A stretch of DNA of 64,000 nucleotides, from positions 128,001 to 192,000 of the forward strand of contig CAVSLV010000002.1 of NCBI GenBank assembly GCA_963728915.1, given 5' to 3'. Source of the stretch: an uncultured Gemmatimonadales bacterium. Lineage in GTDB: Bacteria; Gemmatimonadota; Gemmatimonadetes; Gemmatimonadales; GWC2-71-9. Positions 63,609-64,000 of this stretch are shown piece after piece. Under the pieces are notes generated by a model. It had not been told where the DNA came from, did no database searches, and worked only from the letters and a program-made list of their open reading frames with translations. The translations under genes were made by a program, and so were the position numbers. How positions within the stretch are numbered: the stretch's first letter is position 1; the number at the start of each line of letters is the position of its first letter.

Positions 63609-64000
63609 TCAGCGCCGGGTCCATGTCGTTCCATCGAATTCCCAGGTATCACCAAGGTCGGGCGCGCCCTGGGTAGTCTCGCCGCCGAAGAGGACGACCC
63701 GGTCCCGGTCGCGGTCATAGGCCATCGCCGCGTTGATCCGGAATGGAGGCTGGGTTCCGGACACTCTGGTCCAGGCGTTGCCATCCCAGCGCCAGGTTTC
63801 CGGGGAAGTCGGCGCTGAACCGCAGGCTCCCGCGTAGAACAGCAGCCCTCCCCGGGTCGGGCCCAGCCCGACGAGCTGCGGGTGGGGAGGCACGCAACCG
63901 GGCCCGGTGAAGTCGAGGCGGGTCAGGCTGGTCCCGTTCCAGGTGTCGGTGAGCACGGTCTGGGTGCTCGGCGCCACCGAATAGAGATATATGGTCGCGG
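63609..64000 (-). CDS. Kelch-like repeat protein, 3' part (runs off window)
   Basis: ETWRWDG..W and AMAYD..RDRVVLFGG...DTWEFDG..W. Confidence 0.75.
   Translation of the reverse strand, partial: ATIYLYSVAPSTQTVLTDTWNGTSLTRLDFTGPGCVPPHPQLVGLGPTRGGLLFYAGACGSAPTSPETWRWDGNAWTRVSGTQPPFRINAAMAYDRDRDRVVLFGGETTQGAPDLGDTWEFDGTTWTRR

Overview
GC-rich bacterial DNA. The gene content (Ser/Thr kinase with beta-propeller, duplicated MacB-type permease, Big_2/RCC1 lipoproteins, serine hydrolases) suggests a Gemmatimonadota-like lineage, which is an inference. Several genes carry single-base frameshifts typical of an unpolished long-read assembly. The main feature is a ~26 kb integron gene-cassette array (18412-44784) with 15 complete or IS-interrupted attC sites and 2 truncated ones. 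It begins with an attI-like site and a Pc-like sigma70 promoter, but there is no integrase in the window: hsp20 sits where intI normally lies. The array holds a tungstate/molybdate-binding protein, two paralogous ORF-less structured cassettes, lipoproteins, hydrolases, four complete self-promoted toxin-antitoxin cassettes and six IS elements. Three copies of an IS110/IS1111-type recombinase sit exactly at the attC G^TT crossover. Their 3' non-coding region contains readable bridge-RNA-like guide matches to the attC target (GTTAGGCG) and to their own donor junction (GTTCTA[T]). A second IS110 family and an IS3 element interrupt other attC sites. The flanks contain a GMC oxidoreductase, soxCD-like genes, apt/mtnP, a redox cluster (peroxiredoxin-DsbA-Dps), CopC and a probable LytTR-regulated protease/hydrolase cluster.
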